A DNA stretch of 64,000 nt from contig CAJINV010000008.1 of NCBI GenBank assembly GCA_905178155.1, positions 930,001 through 994,000 of the forward strand. Direction: 5' to 3'. Origin of the DNA: Amoebophrya sp. A120. Taxonomy: Eukaryota > Protista > Dinoflagellata. A program made the translations under genes and the position numbers. The notes beneath the pieces were generated by a model. That model was not told the origin of the DNA and did no database searches. It saw nothing but the letters and a program-made list of their open reading frames with translations. Positions 1 through 13,000 of this stretch are shown here, piece by piece (position 1 is the first letter of the stretch; each line of letters opens with the position of its first letter).

Positions 1-2028
1 GTGGCTCCCGCCAAGTATCCCTCGACGCCGTACCTACCCTTCTCGCCTTCCGTTGCGAGTGGGGACGAGACACTGACTGCAGGTCGTGGGCTACTTTTCC
101 AAACGTCACCGCTGACAGTAGGTAGTCGGGACGAGGAGAGGAAGCTGGGTCAATCCTACGAAGTCGTCATCACAGAGAAGCTGGACGGAGGAAATTGCTG
201 CATCAAGGACGGTGGCGTGGTCTATGCGCGAACTCATGCCCATCCTGCCGATCACGCAAGTTTCCATGCGGTAAAGCAACTGCTGCGAGCCACACTGGTC
301 CCTGTTTCATCGGCCGCAGCTTCGAGCACTGGCGCAGGGAAAAACAAAAGCTGCGATCCAAGCATGGCCGCCAGTTGTACTAGGCCGTTGGCCTCGCTGC
401 TGCAGTCCAGCGTTCCGGCGGGGCTCGAACTGTACGGCGAAAACCTTTCCGCCGTCCACAGCATTCGCTATGAACCGGAGGTGAAGTTTCCCTTTTACCT
501 CTTTGCCGTCCGTCTGGACGGCCTGTGGCTGAGCTGGGATCGCGTTGAGCACATTGCCAAGAAATTGCGCCTGCCACTAGTGCCTGTGAAGTACAAGGGA
601 CCCGCACTGTCCTTGGAAGAGTTGGAGAGACGAATGGCCACATGGGCCCAAGAGCCCAGCGGAATATTGTTCTGCGAAAATGATCAAGACCACGAGGCTG
701 AGGAGATGCAGCAGACCGGAGAAGGCGGTGCTCAGACGAGACTTACGCGCCCGGAGGGCTTTGTGGTACGGACCGCCGGTACAATACGAGACTTCTCAGC
801 CAACGTTGCCAAGTACGTTCGCGCGAACCATTTGCAGACAGCTCCAGACTTTAAGCGTACGTGGCAACGGCAGCGAATTCGATTTTCTGACATGGGTGAG
901 TTTCTAGAGTACGAACGGGACGATCCGCACAAAGAGACGAGCTCAGTCGAGGCGCTCCCTTCTGCAAGTGGTCCAGGTAGCGATTCGCTTGCTTGCACTC
1001 AAGGCGGGGAGAAAAAAATGCAGAATGAGCAAACTGGAAACGCTTCTAGCAACCACCGACACGACGGAGAGGACGCTCGTTCGGGTAAAAATGCCGGAGA
1101 AAAATCGTCCATTGCCGCCTGTGCGCCAAGGACCCAGGTTCGCCTCGTTGTTCTTGTGGGACTACCTGGGTCAGGCAAGTCGTCCTTTGTGTCCCGACTC
1201 CGTGCCGGATTTTTGCGATGCGGGTACGGACCCCCGATCGTGCTGTCGCAGGACGAGATCGGGCGCGAGGGGGTGGAGGGCGGCATTGGTGCGGCGTGGA
1301 AATCCGTGGCGAATGCTGCAAAGTCTAGTAGCAAGAAGAACGACCCTGCTCTGTTGGTTGTGGACCGCACGAACCTCCTGCAGCGAGACCGACTGCAGCT
1401 GCTTGATCTGTGTTTTCAACCACCCAAAGAGTCCGTCCTTTGTGTGTACTTTCCCGCGGATGCTGAGACGTGCACGGAACGGGTGCAGCTGCGTATGGAT
1501 CACCCGTCGATACCCTTTGGACGAGGTCGAAAAGTGGTTGAAAGCTTTATCCAACGTGGAATCGAAAGCCCTGACATGGACGACGGCCTATATCACGCGG
1601 TTGTCCGTTGCGCTTCTCACGTGGATGTCGACATCACGCTACAGAACTATTTCGGCGTGCTGCCTTTGCCAGAAAAAATCTCTGCTCGAGGAGGTTTTGC
1701 TCAAGAAGATGAACAAAAACCACACGACGAAACACGTGGCGCCAACGCATGCGAAGCGTCTGCAGAAGATTTAGACTGCCTGCGCACCGCTGTGCAAAAG
1801 GCATTACTGCCAGTTGATAACGCATGGCCGGCTCGTAAAATTTACTGGTTCAACGATGAGCGAGAGGTCTTTTACGTGCACGCGCAGGAAGCCAGAGGAT
1901 TTCCGCGAGTTGGGCACGTCGCCGGCCTGAACGCGCGTGTACGATTCTTTCCCGAGTACGAATGGTTGGACGAGGAAGCCGCCCAGGCGCGCGCTGCCAT
2001 CGCAGGGAAGGAAGTTTTTTGGGCCTGA
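1..2028 (+). CDS. ATP-dependent RNA ligase (Rnl2/RNA_ligase-like) fused to a P-loop polynucleotide-kinase-like (AAA_33) domain; probably 5'-partial
   Basis: Nucleotidyltransferase motifs KYPSTPYLP, TEKLDGGN (I), YGEN (III), FYLF (IIIa), PEGFVVR (IV), AKYVRANH (V). These are followed by Walker A GLPGSGKS, SQDE, VVDRTN and the lid-like CTERVQLRMDHP. The ORF is open from base 1 (GTG). Confidence 0.85.
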   Translation: MAPAKYPSTPYLPFSPSVASGDETLTAGRGLLFQTSPLTVGSRDEERKLGQSYEVVITEKLDGGNCCIKDGGVVYARTHAHPADHASFHAVKQLLRATLVPVSSAAASSTGAGKNKSCDPSMAASCTRPLASLLQSSVPAGLELYGENLSAVHSIRYEPEVKFPFYLFAVRLDGLWLSWDRVEHIAKKLRLPLVPVKYKGPALSLEELERRMATWAQEPSGILFCENDQDHEAEEMQQTGEGGAQTRLTRPEGFVVRTAGTIRDFSANVAKYVRANHLQTAPDFKRTWQRQRIRFSDMGEFLEYERDDPHKETSSVEALPSASGPGSDSLACTQGGEKKMQNEQTGNASSNHRHDGEDARSGKNAGEKSSIAACAPRTQVRLVVLVGLPGSGKSSFVSRLRAGFLRCGYGPPIVLSQDEIGREGVEGGIGAAWKSVANAAKSSSKKNDPALLVVDRTNLLQRDRLQLLDLCFQPPKESVLCVYFPADAETCTERVQLRMDHPSIPFGRGRKVVESFIQRGIESPDMDDGLYHAVVRCASHVDVDITLQNYFGVLPLPEKISARGGFAQEDEQKPHDETRGANACEASAEDLDCLRTAVQKALLPVDNAWPARKIYWFNDEREVFYVHAQEARGFPRVGHVAGLNARVRFFPEYEWLDEEAAQARAAIAGKEVFWA

Positions 2029-2484
2029 CTAGAGGTGGCAGCTTCCACCTAGGGCATCACTAGCTGAAACTTCTTCATGCAAAATGGAAAAGAGTGTAAA
2101 GGATGAAGAAGGTGGGAGGTGCTTCCTTGCAAAAAAATTGAGCTTGTTTTTAGTGCGGGCTAACAAGATGTTAATGTTTTCTGCATTGTTTTTGTTCATC
2201 ACATTGGTTTTGGTCCACCGACTGGAAACGAGCGATCGCTGTTCTCGATCGCGTGTCCTTCCCCGTTCTACTGCAATATACTCAACACCGCGGACGCTGG
2301 GCTTTTTCGAATGCTCCGTGTCGTTTTTTCTTTTTTCTGGGTGTTCGTCCTGCGCTTCTTTCCAATAGCTACGGTGGTGGTGGTGCTCCCGAGCTCATGC
2401 TCTTTCTTTTTGTACTTCAGATTTTCATCTTTGAGTCGCAGATGCGGTATACCAAGTCTATCAGCTGCACTTGCTCACGCGAAA

Positions 2485-5400
2485 ATGTTCTTTCAGGTCA
2501 GCTTGGTTGTTCATCGCCGGCTTGTGTTGCTTTTCTGTAGCTGTATCATTTTCTTTTTCAACGAACTACGCCATGTCCGTATCAGCGTGAAAAATCCTCC
2601 CTCCCCATATGAAAACGAAGCTTCTGATGCTGGATTTGCGTACACAATTTAGATTTGTCTTGCTGGGGAGGACTGCAGGCCCGTACTAAGCCCGAGTAGA
2701 CAGGTTTTGGCCTAGGCGCTTAGCATGGCAGACGTCTACACTGGAAGCACAACAGCACGACAAGCCGCCTGTAGAATGCGGCGGAGCCTGTGGAGTTGCC
2801 TTCATGCAACACAGAGACGATTTGTGGTCACAAATCAGCAACACAAATTTTTGAAAACGTGCCGTGTCAATATGGGGAGGGGGGATTTTTCCTTTTGATA
2901 GTCCGAGCAGCCTTTGATCAGGGATTCCTCGACCGCCCGTTCGTCTACACTTTGCAGCGCACAAACGAATATCTCGATGTGGATGTTGAAGACGAGCGTG
3001 CGGACGAACAAGCCTCAAGCGGCACCGCCACGACCTGGCGCCAGACTGGCTCAGCCTTCGTCGCGCGTGTCCTACAGGAGCTTGTCGGAGCATCCAGGGG
3101 AGGATCTTCTCGAGGCCCCACTTGGTACGTCGGGGAACAGTACCAGTCCCCCTTTCGGCTGCACTCGAACAGCACGAAGATACAACGAGCAGTCGAACTC
3201 GGATCGGAAAGACAAAGAACTTCAAAAGCAGGGCTGGAAGATGCACGAGCGCCTTCGTGCCAAAATGAGGTGTTTGCGCTTTCCCTGGGGAACAATCTGA
3301 TCTTCGATCGAAGTGGCGTCGTCGAAGTTGGTGTGCTACAAAATGATCGTGATGGAGGGCAGCTGCACACAGAATCATCGACGTTGGACCTAGACGATGG
3401 GGTAGTGTTGCTGAGCCCAGAGGACGACGAGGATCAGGATGTAGGATTCTTCCAGCCCGTTGGCAAGGCAGCTCAGTTTAGATATTCTCGCTGGTCGTCT
3501 TGCAGCTCAAATGTTGGACACGGCGGGGACGACGAGAGCTCGTTTTCAACATCCCGCGGAGACGACTATGCTGCACGGGATTTTCTCACGGGCCGGGCAC
3601 GCCTGCGGATTCGATTTCCTCACTTGGTTCGAAACATGTGGCGCCACCGAGAAACAAAGGAACGTTCGCCAAATACACACGAAAGCGTTGTGTATCCCTC
3701 TGCGACGCTCGACGTGCGATTCAAAAGCAGCAAGGACGAAGCAGCTGAGAACGCGCTGGACGACCCATCAGGAGATGATCGACAAAATAACGACGTGCTC
3801 GTGCAGTCTTTGCGTTTAACCTACCTCGCCGCCAGAAGCGGAAGCCCCGGCGTGGACTCGCGGCCACAGCCTCTATTGACGACTGTATTACGGAGCGATC
3901 AGGTGTCCGTTTTGTTGGAGAAGAAAAGGACGCAACACGCACAGATAAAATCCATTCACCTGCACCGCGATCTGCGCATTGCGGATCGAGCGCTTCTGTA
4001 CGTTGGTGCGGCCGATTACGAAGAGCTGGTCACAGATCGGACCAACGTGTTCACGCGCTACAAAGCCGCGTGGTTCTTTGAAGCAGACCCGGTCACGTAT
4101 GCGAAGCTGCAAACGAACTTGCGAGTTGCAAACAAGAAGTACGGGGGCAGTACTGATCTTCCTGCAGAGGACAGACCCATGGCCGGCGACGTGTGTTTCT
4201 GCGCGAGCAGCCGCATCGTGAACGAGCAGCAGGACGGGACGGTGGACTTTCGCGTGCATGACTGGCAGGCCATCGATGTTGTGCAGGAGCGGTTTGGCTG
4301 GGACTTCCGAATGGGGAGCCTACTGGAGACGAAGATGCCCGAGGAAGGCACGTTCAAGGGCGACGAGGGTCACAACGGGGAAGAGGGAGAGGCGGCAGGT
4401 GGCTCTCCTGCCTTCTCTTCCTTTGACGAGCAGTATAACGCTACGGTGCTCCAGTTGCCAACTACAACGCTATCGACGATAATGCGCGGTATTGCGTTCG
4501 GGTTTTTCACGCCTCATCACCAGAGCGTGAGAGAGAAGGAAGCTAAGTCTTCACGACCCCTCACAAGTGCTGGGCAGGCCGGTACAGCAACATCAGCTAC
4601 AGCACCACTGCTCGCCCCGTCGTGTTGCATCGATCCGGTGGGGGAAGCGAAGAAAGCGGAAGCTAACATTAGTTTCGTACAAGAGGTGGAAGCAAAAAGG
4701 TCGTCCACCGCAAAACCCTCAGTGGTGTCGGCTTCCGCAGTCGCGCCCGCATCGCAAAGCGAAGTAGATGTCGGATCATTCGACTTTCATAGTTTGAAGC
4801 AACTGAAGAAGGACCCGTTTGCCTCGTCGCGGATACCGCCCAGCCCCGCTGCCGACGTCGTGGGGATTCTCCAGGAGCAGGCGTGCAGAAAAGCGGCGGA
4901 GCATCATGACGCATCTGCGGTCGACATCAGAACCAAAAGGAAGGCCAGTGCCGCGTGTAAAGTTGTTCATGGGAGGACCACGCAGCCCAGTCAGGTTCTG
5001 GATAGCGGAGATGGTCGTGAAGAGCGCCGGCCGGTTCATGGTGCCAAGAACAAGATCCAGTTCGATCTGATCATCGATGTGCAGGGGGCGGAGCTGAGCG
5101 TGCTTGCGGGGATAGAACAAGACGCGGACTGGGAGCGCATTGGGTCGATCGGTATCGAGATTACGACGCTCGAGTACAAGAGCTTTCCCACGTACATCGG
5201 CGGGGCGAAATTTCCGGACGTCGACAACCTGCTCACCAAGCGAGGCTTTGTTCTGCAGCCCACCTGGCAGATCAACCCCGCGTGGATTTTTGGCGCGGGA
5301 TGGAAGTACCAGGCGGCCGAGGTGGTGTCCTGCAACCGGGTGACGGACCTCGCCTTCGCGCTGGAGCGGTCGAAGCGGCACCTGTTTTCCCTGGGCCTGC

Positions 5401-6275
5401 CACCGCACCAGCACGGACTCGATCACAAAGAGCCGGTTTTTTCCGGGCCTCCCGGCCTACCGGAGGCTGCGAGGACGCAGTACGAGGCGCGGGTGGACGC
5501 GATCAACAGAATAGTGAAGGAGGCACAAGCTGTTACTGCCCTTTTGGAAGCGGGAACAAACACACGGGAGTTCGTGCAAGTGCCCGTGTTTGGGGACGGC
5601 TTTTTGGCGGAACACCTGCATATTACCCCGGCTGGCGAACACGCGGCGCGTCGTCTGCCCCAGGACGAGAGCGGGGGCTCCAAGAACGAACGTTCGGATG
5701 ATGTCGATGCTGGTCGCGAGCAGCGAAAAGTTGCGCTATCTCCTGAAGATATGAGGCTCTTTCCTCGGCTTCGCACTCTTGCGCGGAAGCTAGGGACGGT
5801 GTTGCGGTTGCTACGGACAGTATTGCGCATTACGGACCTTTTCGTTCGGCCCGACCTGCTGAAGCTCATACAGAAATGGGGGCTCGAACGAGAGTTGCTG
5901 GAAGATCTCCCTGTATGGGAGGACGCGGTGGAAGAGAGTGTGGCACTGTCACCGCTGGAACGCAAAAAAAAGCTGGAGCAGGAACAAGAAGAACAGAGGC
6001 GAAGCAGGGCATCACAAAGAGAGGGGTTGGAGGAGCGGCAAGATCGGCTCCGGCTGGACGATGTCAGGGGCAAGAATAGTATATTCGATAATTCAGAATC
6101 AGATGAGGAAGAGCATCAGAATCCTCAGACAGTTGCAAGGACTTTGGAATTAGTCCAGAACCTGGCTGACGCTCGCTATCTGTGCCATGTTGCCTGGATT
6201 CCCTCCCACGGAGACGCGGAGTACTCGCGCATGCATTTGCTGCAAGTGGGTCGCCATTTCGTCCAAGAGATTTGA
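2485..6275 (+). CDS. FkbM-like (Methyltransf_21) SAM-dependent methyltransferase with N-terminal signal/anchor; join(2485..2578,2905..6275), about 1154 aa
   Basis: Motifs LYVGAA, WFFEADP, LIIDVQGAELSVLAG, IEIT...YIGGAKFPDVDNLLTKRGF and HGDAEY. Removing the 2580-2900 element plus one GTCCG joins FNELRHVR|AAFDQG in frame. The start codon is uncertain. Confidence 0.7.
2580..2900. mobile_element. Introner family A (MITE-like non-canonical intron), TSD GTCCG
   Basis: Left end TATCAGCGTGAAAAATCCTCCCTCCCCATAT; right end ATATGGGGAGGGGGGATTTTTCCTTTTGATA. GTCCG at 2575-2579 and 2901-2905. Excision restores the frame. Confidence 0.93.
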
Positions 6276-7078
6276 AGGAAAAATCGCACATAGGGTTTGG
6301 AAAGTCAAAGTGGCGTTGGAGTTTGTTGAAGCGTTTGCATTTGTTCTGTGGATCTTTCAGTGCTGAGTTCGATCTGCTCGGGAGATGTCAGAGTCTGCCT
6401 CGCACGTAGTGAAAACTGCTCATAGTAATCTTGTCCGCCGTGTCGTGCTGCTTTGATATCGGTCAACATTCTCAAATGAGACAACAAGAAGAAGTAAGCC
6501 ATTTTTCAAAAGATCAGAAAAAGAAAATATCATATTTCCGTGTGATTTGTCGGTTGTCGTTGGATTGGTTCTTTGTTGATGCAGTCGTTCGTGAGAGCGA
6601 AGTACTTACTTAAAAAACTCTTTTCTTTTGTTTGCGTTCCTTATCTTTTCCGAAGTGCACGTGCAAAATGAAAAGCAAAGACAACAGCGAGGTTCAGTTA
6701 TATATTGTTTTCTTCTGCTCGATGGCGTGTGCTGTAGTATTTCTATTTCGTTTCGCTTGTACAACTGCCCGCCGCCGTCCTGGCTGTTCAGTTCTTTCCG
6801 GCCGTCTTTGACATCATGTATAAAAAATAGGGGTATGGAGGATGAAGTCCTCGCGAGATCAGCTTTGCACAGCTCCTCTCTCCCATCGGAATCACTTCTG
6901 TACGAAGATGTTGAATAATGACCCTAGAAGTTGCAACAAAAATAAATGAGACGCTCGCCGGCCGTTCATCTACTTAAGTTTTCTAGTGAGGTAACAATAG
7001 AAAATAAACAAGTATCTACCGCGTATTCTGCTGCTGCGTCTCAGACATGGGGACGGCGCAAAGCCGTAACTCCACACG

Positions 7079-10000
7079 ATGACGCCGATCCAGCACCGGG
7101 TGGCTGTATTTCTGAACAGGCTTTGGATTTGGTCTCTACTGTTTTTTCATCATCAGGTTTGGTTCTTTGAGTTCGCGAAAAGCGAATCCCCCCGGCTGTT
7201 CCTGCGTGAAGGCTACAATGACGAGTCCGCGCGCTCCTCTTACCAGCGTGAGGTCGCCTACGATGATATCTTGCACCTCCTCGACTTGGAGAAGTGGCGG
7301 CCCGGACTATCAAAAGGAAAAATCCCCCCTCCCCATATGGGACACGAAATCTGTGATGCTGTATTTGAGTACACAAATCGACTTGTAATGCTAGAAGGCC
7401 AAGAGACGCAGCTGTGGCCTCGTCTACAGGCAATTTGTCATGCTGTTTTCCACTTCCAGCTGCCCCCTGTAATGCTGAAGATGCAAGGCTTTCCCACGCC
7501 AACCAGCACTACAGTCCGCATCTTTTCCCTTCTAGCATGACAAAGCTGATTTGTGGCCACAAATCTGCATCACAAATTTCTATTTTGAGTATGGGGTGGG
7601 GGGATTTTTCACTTTGATACGGACATCCCATCATCTGGGCGCACCGCCGCCTCTTGCAGCGACGATTGGAGTATCAAATGTAAAAATGTCTGGGTCTGGA
7701 AGAATGCAAGTTTGTCATGCCAATTTTGGATTCTAGAAAAATCTGTAGTGCATGACCAGCAAGAGGAGCCCAGTTTCTGCTACGCGGGGAGGCCATTTGT
7801 CATGCGGAATAGGCATCAAGAAGCACTCAGAAAATCTGTGATGCCAGGGAATACATCACAGACGTCACGGGCCATGTAAAATCTGCATGACAAGTTCGCA
7901 TTCTTCCAGACCCAGACATTTTTACATTTGATATGGAGGAGAGCGACGCCTATAAAGAGTTTCTCGCACTGCAGAGGGAGCACCAGGGGCTCGAAAACGA
8001 ATGTACTCTGCAAGAAGCTCAAACTACGAGGGAACCGATGGGAGGGCAAAGCGACACGAGTTCCAAAGAAGATAGATGTCCGGAGGTTTTATATGCACTT
8101 CCGCGCGAAAAGAAGAAAAGGCTTCTGCAGTATGGGACGCTGGTGTCCTTCCTTGCCGCGTTTTCGCCCACGAACACTATCGACAAACTGAACGAGCAGG
8201 CAACGAGTATCTACAATCGAGTGCCGATACAGGAGTTCGTGCGCAGTACGCCAAGTGTGTACCGCTCGATTTTTCCAGCTGCTCTTTTTTCCCTCGGCGA
8301 GAACACGACGAAACGTGAAGTTGTATCCACGCCCGGCACCTCTGACACGCCAAACGAATCTCTGTCCTCGGATCTGGTTTCGTTTTTGCGTGTCTTCGTG
8401 GAGATCATCGAGGACCGGCTGCTGATTTTGGAGCAGCATTCGGACCATTACCGCACCAAGCCCATTTGGACATCGGCCGCGATGTGGGACGTCCCGGACC
8501 CCCCCTACTACACCCCAATCGAGGCAACGCGGCGCACAAGCGACGCGGATCTGCACGACGCGCTGGCGATGCAGATCAAGTCCTCGCACAAGGGCAGCGC
8601 AATCTGGAAGCAGCACCGCGAGTTCGGCGCGAGTCACAAGTTCGAGGACGTCGACTTTCGGCGCTCGCCGTTCACGCACGTGGGTGCCGCGTTGCCCTTC
8701 CAGACGCACGACCGATTGCGTTCGCGGCAGTGGGGGCCGGCGCAGCTGTTCTACACGCAGTTCTTCGATCGGAAGCTTCTGGACGTACCGGAAAACGTCC
8801 GCGAAATGTACGCACGGAGAACCCTCGGGACGGTGTTCCGAAAAGCCGCCACGGAAATTTCAGACGCAACCAAAATTTTTGCCGCTCTGAATTATGAACA
8901 CGATAGTGCAATAAAAGTAGAGCCCGAAGGAGCAGCAGATGATCAGAGTAAAAGCGTTGCGGCGCTTGCCGATAACGCGATGGCAGCAGCAGACACAGAG
9001 GAAGGAAAAGCTTCGCAGTATGAGCCGGCAACAAAAGGTGGAGTCTGGAATCACGAGTGGGCTTTGGATGAGAAAGGAGAAGCCGTCAGTCTGCGTGGCG
9101 GGATCTTTGGTTGGATGGTATCCGGCGAAGGCGGGGAAAAGATTCTACGCGACCTGAAACGCGGGCTGCGAATCGCCCCTCCGCCTTTGCAGAGCGGCAC
9201 AAATAATTCGACTCTGCTCGGGGCGTTGAAATACTACAACAATTCTGCGAAAAACGATAATTCTAGCAATTCCAGCAACGACGCTGGCGTCAGACCGGCA
9301 CATTTACTGACACGCGGCACGGTCATGGACGATTCGACTACTGCTTCAGCGAGCGTCTCGACGACGGCCAGCGCGTCGTTGACTACGATGAATAGCCCTA
9401 AAAATCACCCCAACTCGGTCTGGGAGCAGAGGTGGCGCGCCGCTGCAAAAGAAATCGGCGAAGCGCGCGAATGCATGGTTGCAAACAAGCAGCTAAATTC
9501 AAAATGGAGCTACGCAGAGATAGCCGCAAAGGTTTTGCAGTATCAAGGAGCCCCCTTCTGGAACAACAGCAAGGAAACTCACTACCTCACCTCGTCCTGT
9601 CCGGAGCTCCTGGGCAAGCGATTTCTTGACCAGCTCGCGACGTACACGCGGGGCTTGCGTGACGTTGCCATCATTTTGCTGGGGCGCGAGGAGCGGTTCC
9701 TGCTGGCCGAGGATTTGCACTCCGAGGACTACGGATTCAACGGCGCCCCCGATGACTTCGGTTTTCTGGACGTCGTTCACTTGCTGCAGGAACTGGGCAA
9801 AGATGCAGGGTTTTCCGAGAAGTTCTGGGAGCCTGTTGCGCTTTTACACCTGCTGCGCGGAGAGTTGCACTCTGCCGCGCGNNNNNNNNNNNNNNNNNNN
9901 NNNNNNNNNNNNNNNNNNNNNNNNNNNNNNNNNNNNNNNNNNNNNNNNNNNNNNNNNNNNNNNNNNNNNNNNNNNNNNNNNAATCCTCGCGCAGCGGTTT

Positions 10001-13000
10001 GCAGCAGCGCAAGAACCCTCTTCTTCCTTGGCGCCTGCTGGACAGTTGCAGCTGCCTTGGTGCGCGAAGATCGCAGACGTCAGCGCGGTTCTGCAGAAGC
10101 TGGTCGATCGTCCGCCAAGCGGCATCTACGCCGCCAAGGTAATTTCTCAGGGAGAGGACTTCGGTTGGAAGGAAAAAGAGGAGGAGTACGTGTACAACTT
10201 GTCGAGTGCGCAGGCTGTGGTCTCGACGTCCCCCAGCACAACGCAGCCATTTGGAGGTAAAAATGCGGCCGCGTCGGCATCCACTTCGACGCTTGGCAAG
10301 TACCACTTCGACCTCGAGCGTGACAGCTCGAGGTACATGCGGAACTTTGCGAGTCTTTTTTGTGCCGGGAATAAAAAGGTGGTCGACGGCGATCAGGCCG
10401 AAACGGAGTCAGCAGAAGGTGAGGACGGCAGGGATGACGAGACCAGAAGGTTTGCTGATCTCTTCCTGGACCCCGACTACTTTCACTGGGCAGCTTGCCG
10501 ACAGGCCACGTATGGAGCGGAGCAAAACCGCACTGTGGTGAGCAGCTGGGTTGAGGCCTCCTGCTTTCGAGGGCCCGGCTTTACGGATGAGGAGTTGCAA
10601 AAAACGCATCTGAATCGCTTGGTTTTTTCCAAGCGTCACCAGCTGCTCCGTGGAAAAGACCCCACTGAAAATGAGTACTTCGAAAAGCAGTACCCAAAAC
10701 GCATTCGCGGGGTCTGGGTGGCCTTGGCATACGCAGTGGACCTTTGGCGCCGAGACGTAAGATCGGATTTGCAACACTCGTCGGATAGCAGTACTACATC
10801 TTCGGTGGGCCGCGCAAATTCACTTTCCACAGAAACGACCACTACGACGTCATCGCTAGCAAGTACTAGCTCCGCGCAAACACTCGACGGAACAAGAACC
10901 GCAACTCCAACGACCTCGACTTCAATTCCGAAAACAAAGCATCCCGAGCGCGAGATTCCGATAGCCAAGCTGCTCATCGTCATTCCTCGCGCGTACAACT
11001 GGATGGAATCGTACACAAATTGGTGGTCGCACTTCCGCCAGCCGCTGGACCACACGAAGTTCTTTCGCGCTGCGCACTTCGGCCCCCTGAATCGCGCGGT
11101 TGACACAAGAACGCCCCACACGAAGCTGCACGGCAAGTTCGAGGTGTCGTTTGAGATTGATGGCCAGGTGCCGCTGAACCCGGACGGAACCGGGGTACCG
11201 GCTTGGATGTACCTGAATCGCTACCACGCGCCCGAACAGCAAGCACCTCCCGGAGCCGGAGGCGAACAAACAACGAAGCAGATCCTCCAGCCCACAGTTC
11301 GGCTTTTGCCGTCCGCGCATGCCACAGAGCTCAGAACAGGAGTCGCCGGATCGAGATCGACTTCGGCTGGCGCCGGGCGCGTTGAGGCGCTAACGGCACA
11401 AGAGGTGCAAGCGTTAAACGTGACGTACTTCCAGGGATGGTGCCACGAGATGATTCGCCGGATCTTTGTGAACAACGTGACCACGGTCCTGCTTATGGGG
11501 TGGCGGCAATACGAGCCCAATATGGATCTGATGGCCGCTTTTATCCAGGACTACCTGGACGACTTTTACTACTCCTCGGAGTTGGAGGACGAGACGGAAG
11601 ATAACTTTTTCGCAACTAGTGGCGATCCTGTTTCAACATCTGTGAAAAATAATGACCGAGCAACCGGTTCTTCTGAAGGCGGCACAGAACGAGCGCCTAG
11701 TTCCCATCAACCTCCAAGTCGAAACTTCACGAGCAAAACGCTGGCGCAACACCTGCCCTTCTACACGGGCCGGCGAGCAGTAGCGGGATTCTGTATCCAG
11801 AACGACACAGGCTACACGACGTGGCCCATCTCCGAAATTTCGCGCAAGCACTGGAAACTGGAATACCGTGCGTACCCGACCGGATACCTGCAGCCGTTTA
11901 AATTGAAACACCAGTACCGCTGGCTGCAGGGGGAAACTACGAGTGGGACGCGTGTCATGAGTAGCGAGTTGTACGTGGATTTCCTGAAATCTTTCTTCAC
12001 GAAGGCGCAGCGGAAAATTTTGTATGGCGAAACGTTCGTGGACCAACGCAAAATTCGCGGTCGTCTAGAGCAGCGAAAGGTGGCGCAGCCACCGCAAAAC
12101 TCGGAGGATTCGGGCCGCCAGGAAAAGCGCGTAGCGCTGCGCAGAGCGGTAAACGACCCAACGCTGAAGGAACCGCCGAAGGACTTTAATAGAAGTGCAG
12201 CAGAAGATGCCAGGAACAATAGCAAGGACGTCGAAGAGCGACACCCGCTGTCTTACACCAGCATGCCTGAACCGGACGCGCATCTGCCGACCCACGAGCT
12301 GGAGTGGTGGGACGAGCAGGAAGGGCGCACGACGGAGGACGAGCAGATGGCCCGGATGACGACGGAAATTTTGCGCCGCGACCTTCCCGAGTCCGAGTGG
12401 CACGGGGACGTGGTCGACGGCGAGATTGACCACCGCTACTTGCTGAGCGGAGCCGCCGACTTCGCAGAAAATGGACACGACTACGGGGATCTGGATTCTG
12501 TGGAATTCTTTGTTGACATGGACCTTCACTTCCGCTTCCAGTACCGGGGGTACATGAACATAGGGGCGGTAGATCAGGACCCTGGATTTGCGGGCGCAGG
12601 TGAAGTAGTTTCGTCGCAGCGCTCTGGAGGTACTAGTTCCTCTAGTACACCTCCTGTTCTTGCGCGAGGTGGAGGTGAAGAAAATGTTCATGCTTTGTCT
12701 ACTGCGCGCAAACCGTCTGTCCCAGTTCCGTTCTACACTTACATGACGCACCGGTGGCTGGGTCGCGACACGTGGCTGCGACAGTCCGACCACATTGGGC
12801 GCGCGCCGCTGGATGGCGTGGGAACCTGCTTGAAGGAAAACACGTACGCGGACAAGCTGCGCAAGCTCCCCAAGCGCATCGCCCTCAAATACCAGATCGA
12901 GGTCTTGCGTGTTCCCTACGGGCTCGAGACTTGGTCTCTGCGCCGCGGTTGGAATGACAAGATTCGCACAGAGGCCGAGGAGTATCAGGGAGTGTCGTTC

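Noticed and set aside
9626-10260. Apparent frameshift or overlap between ORFs 7933..10260 and 9626..17884
   Set aside because: The frame switch coincides with a 100-N placeholder gap of unknown true length.
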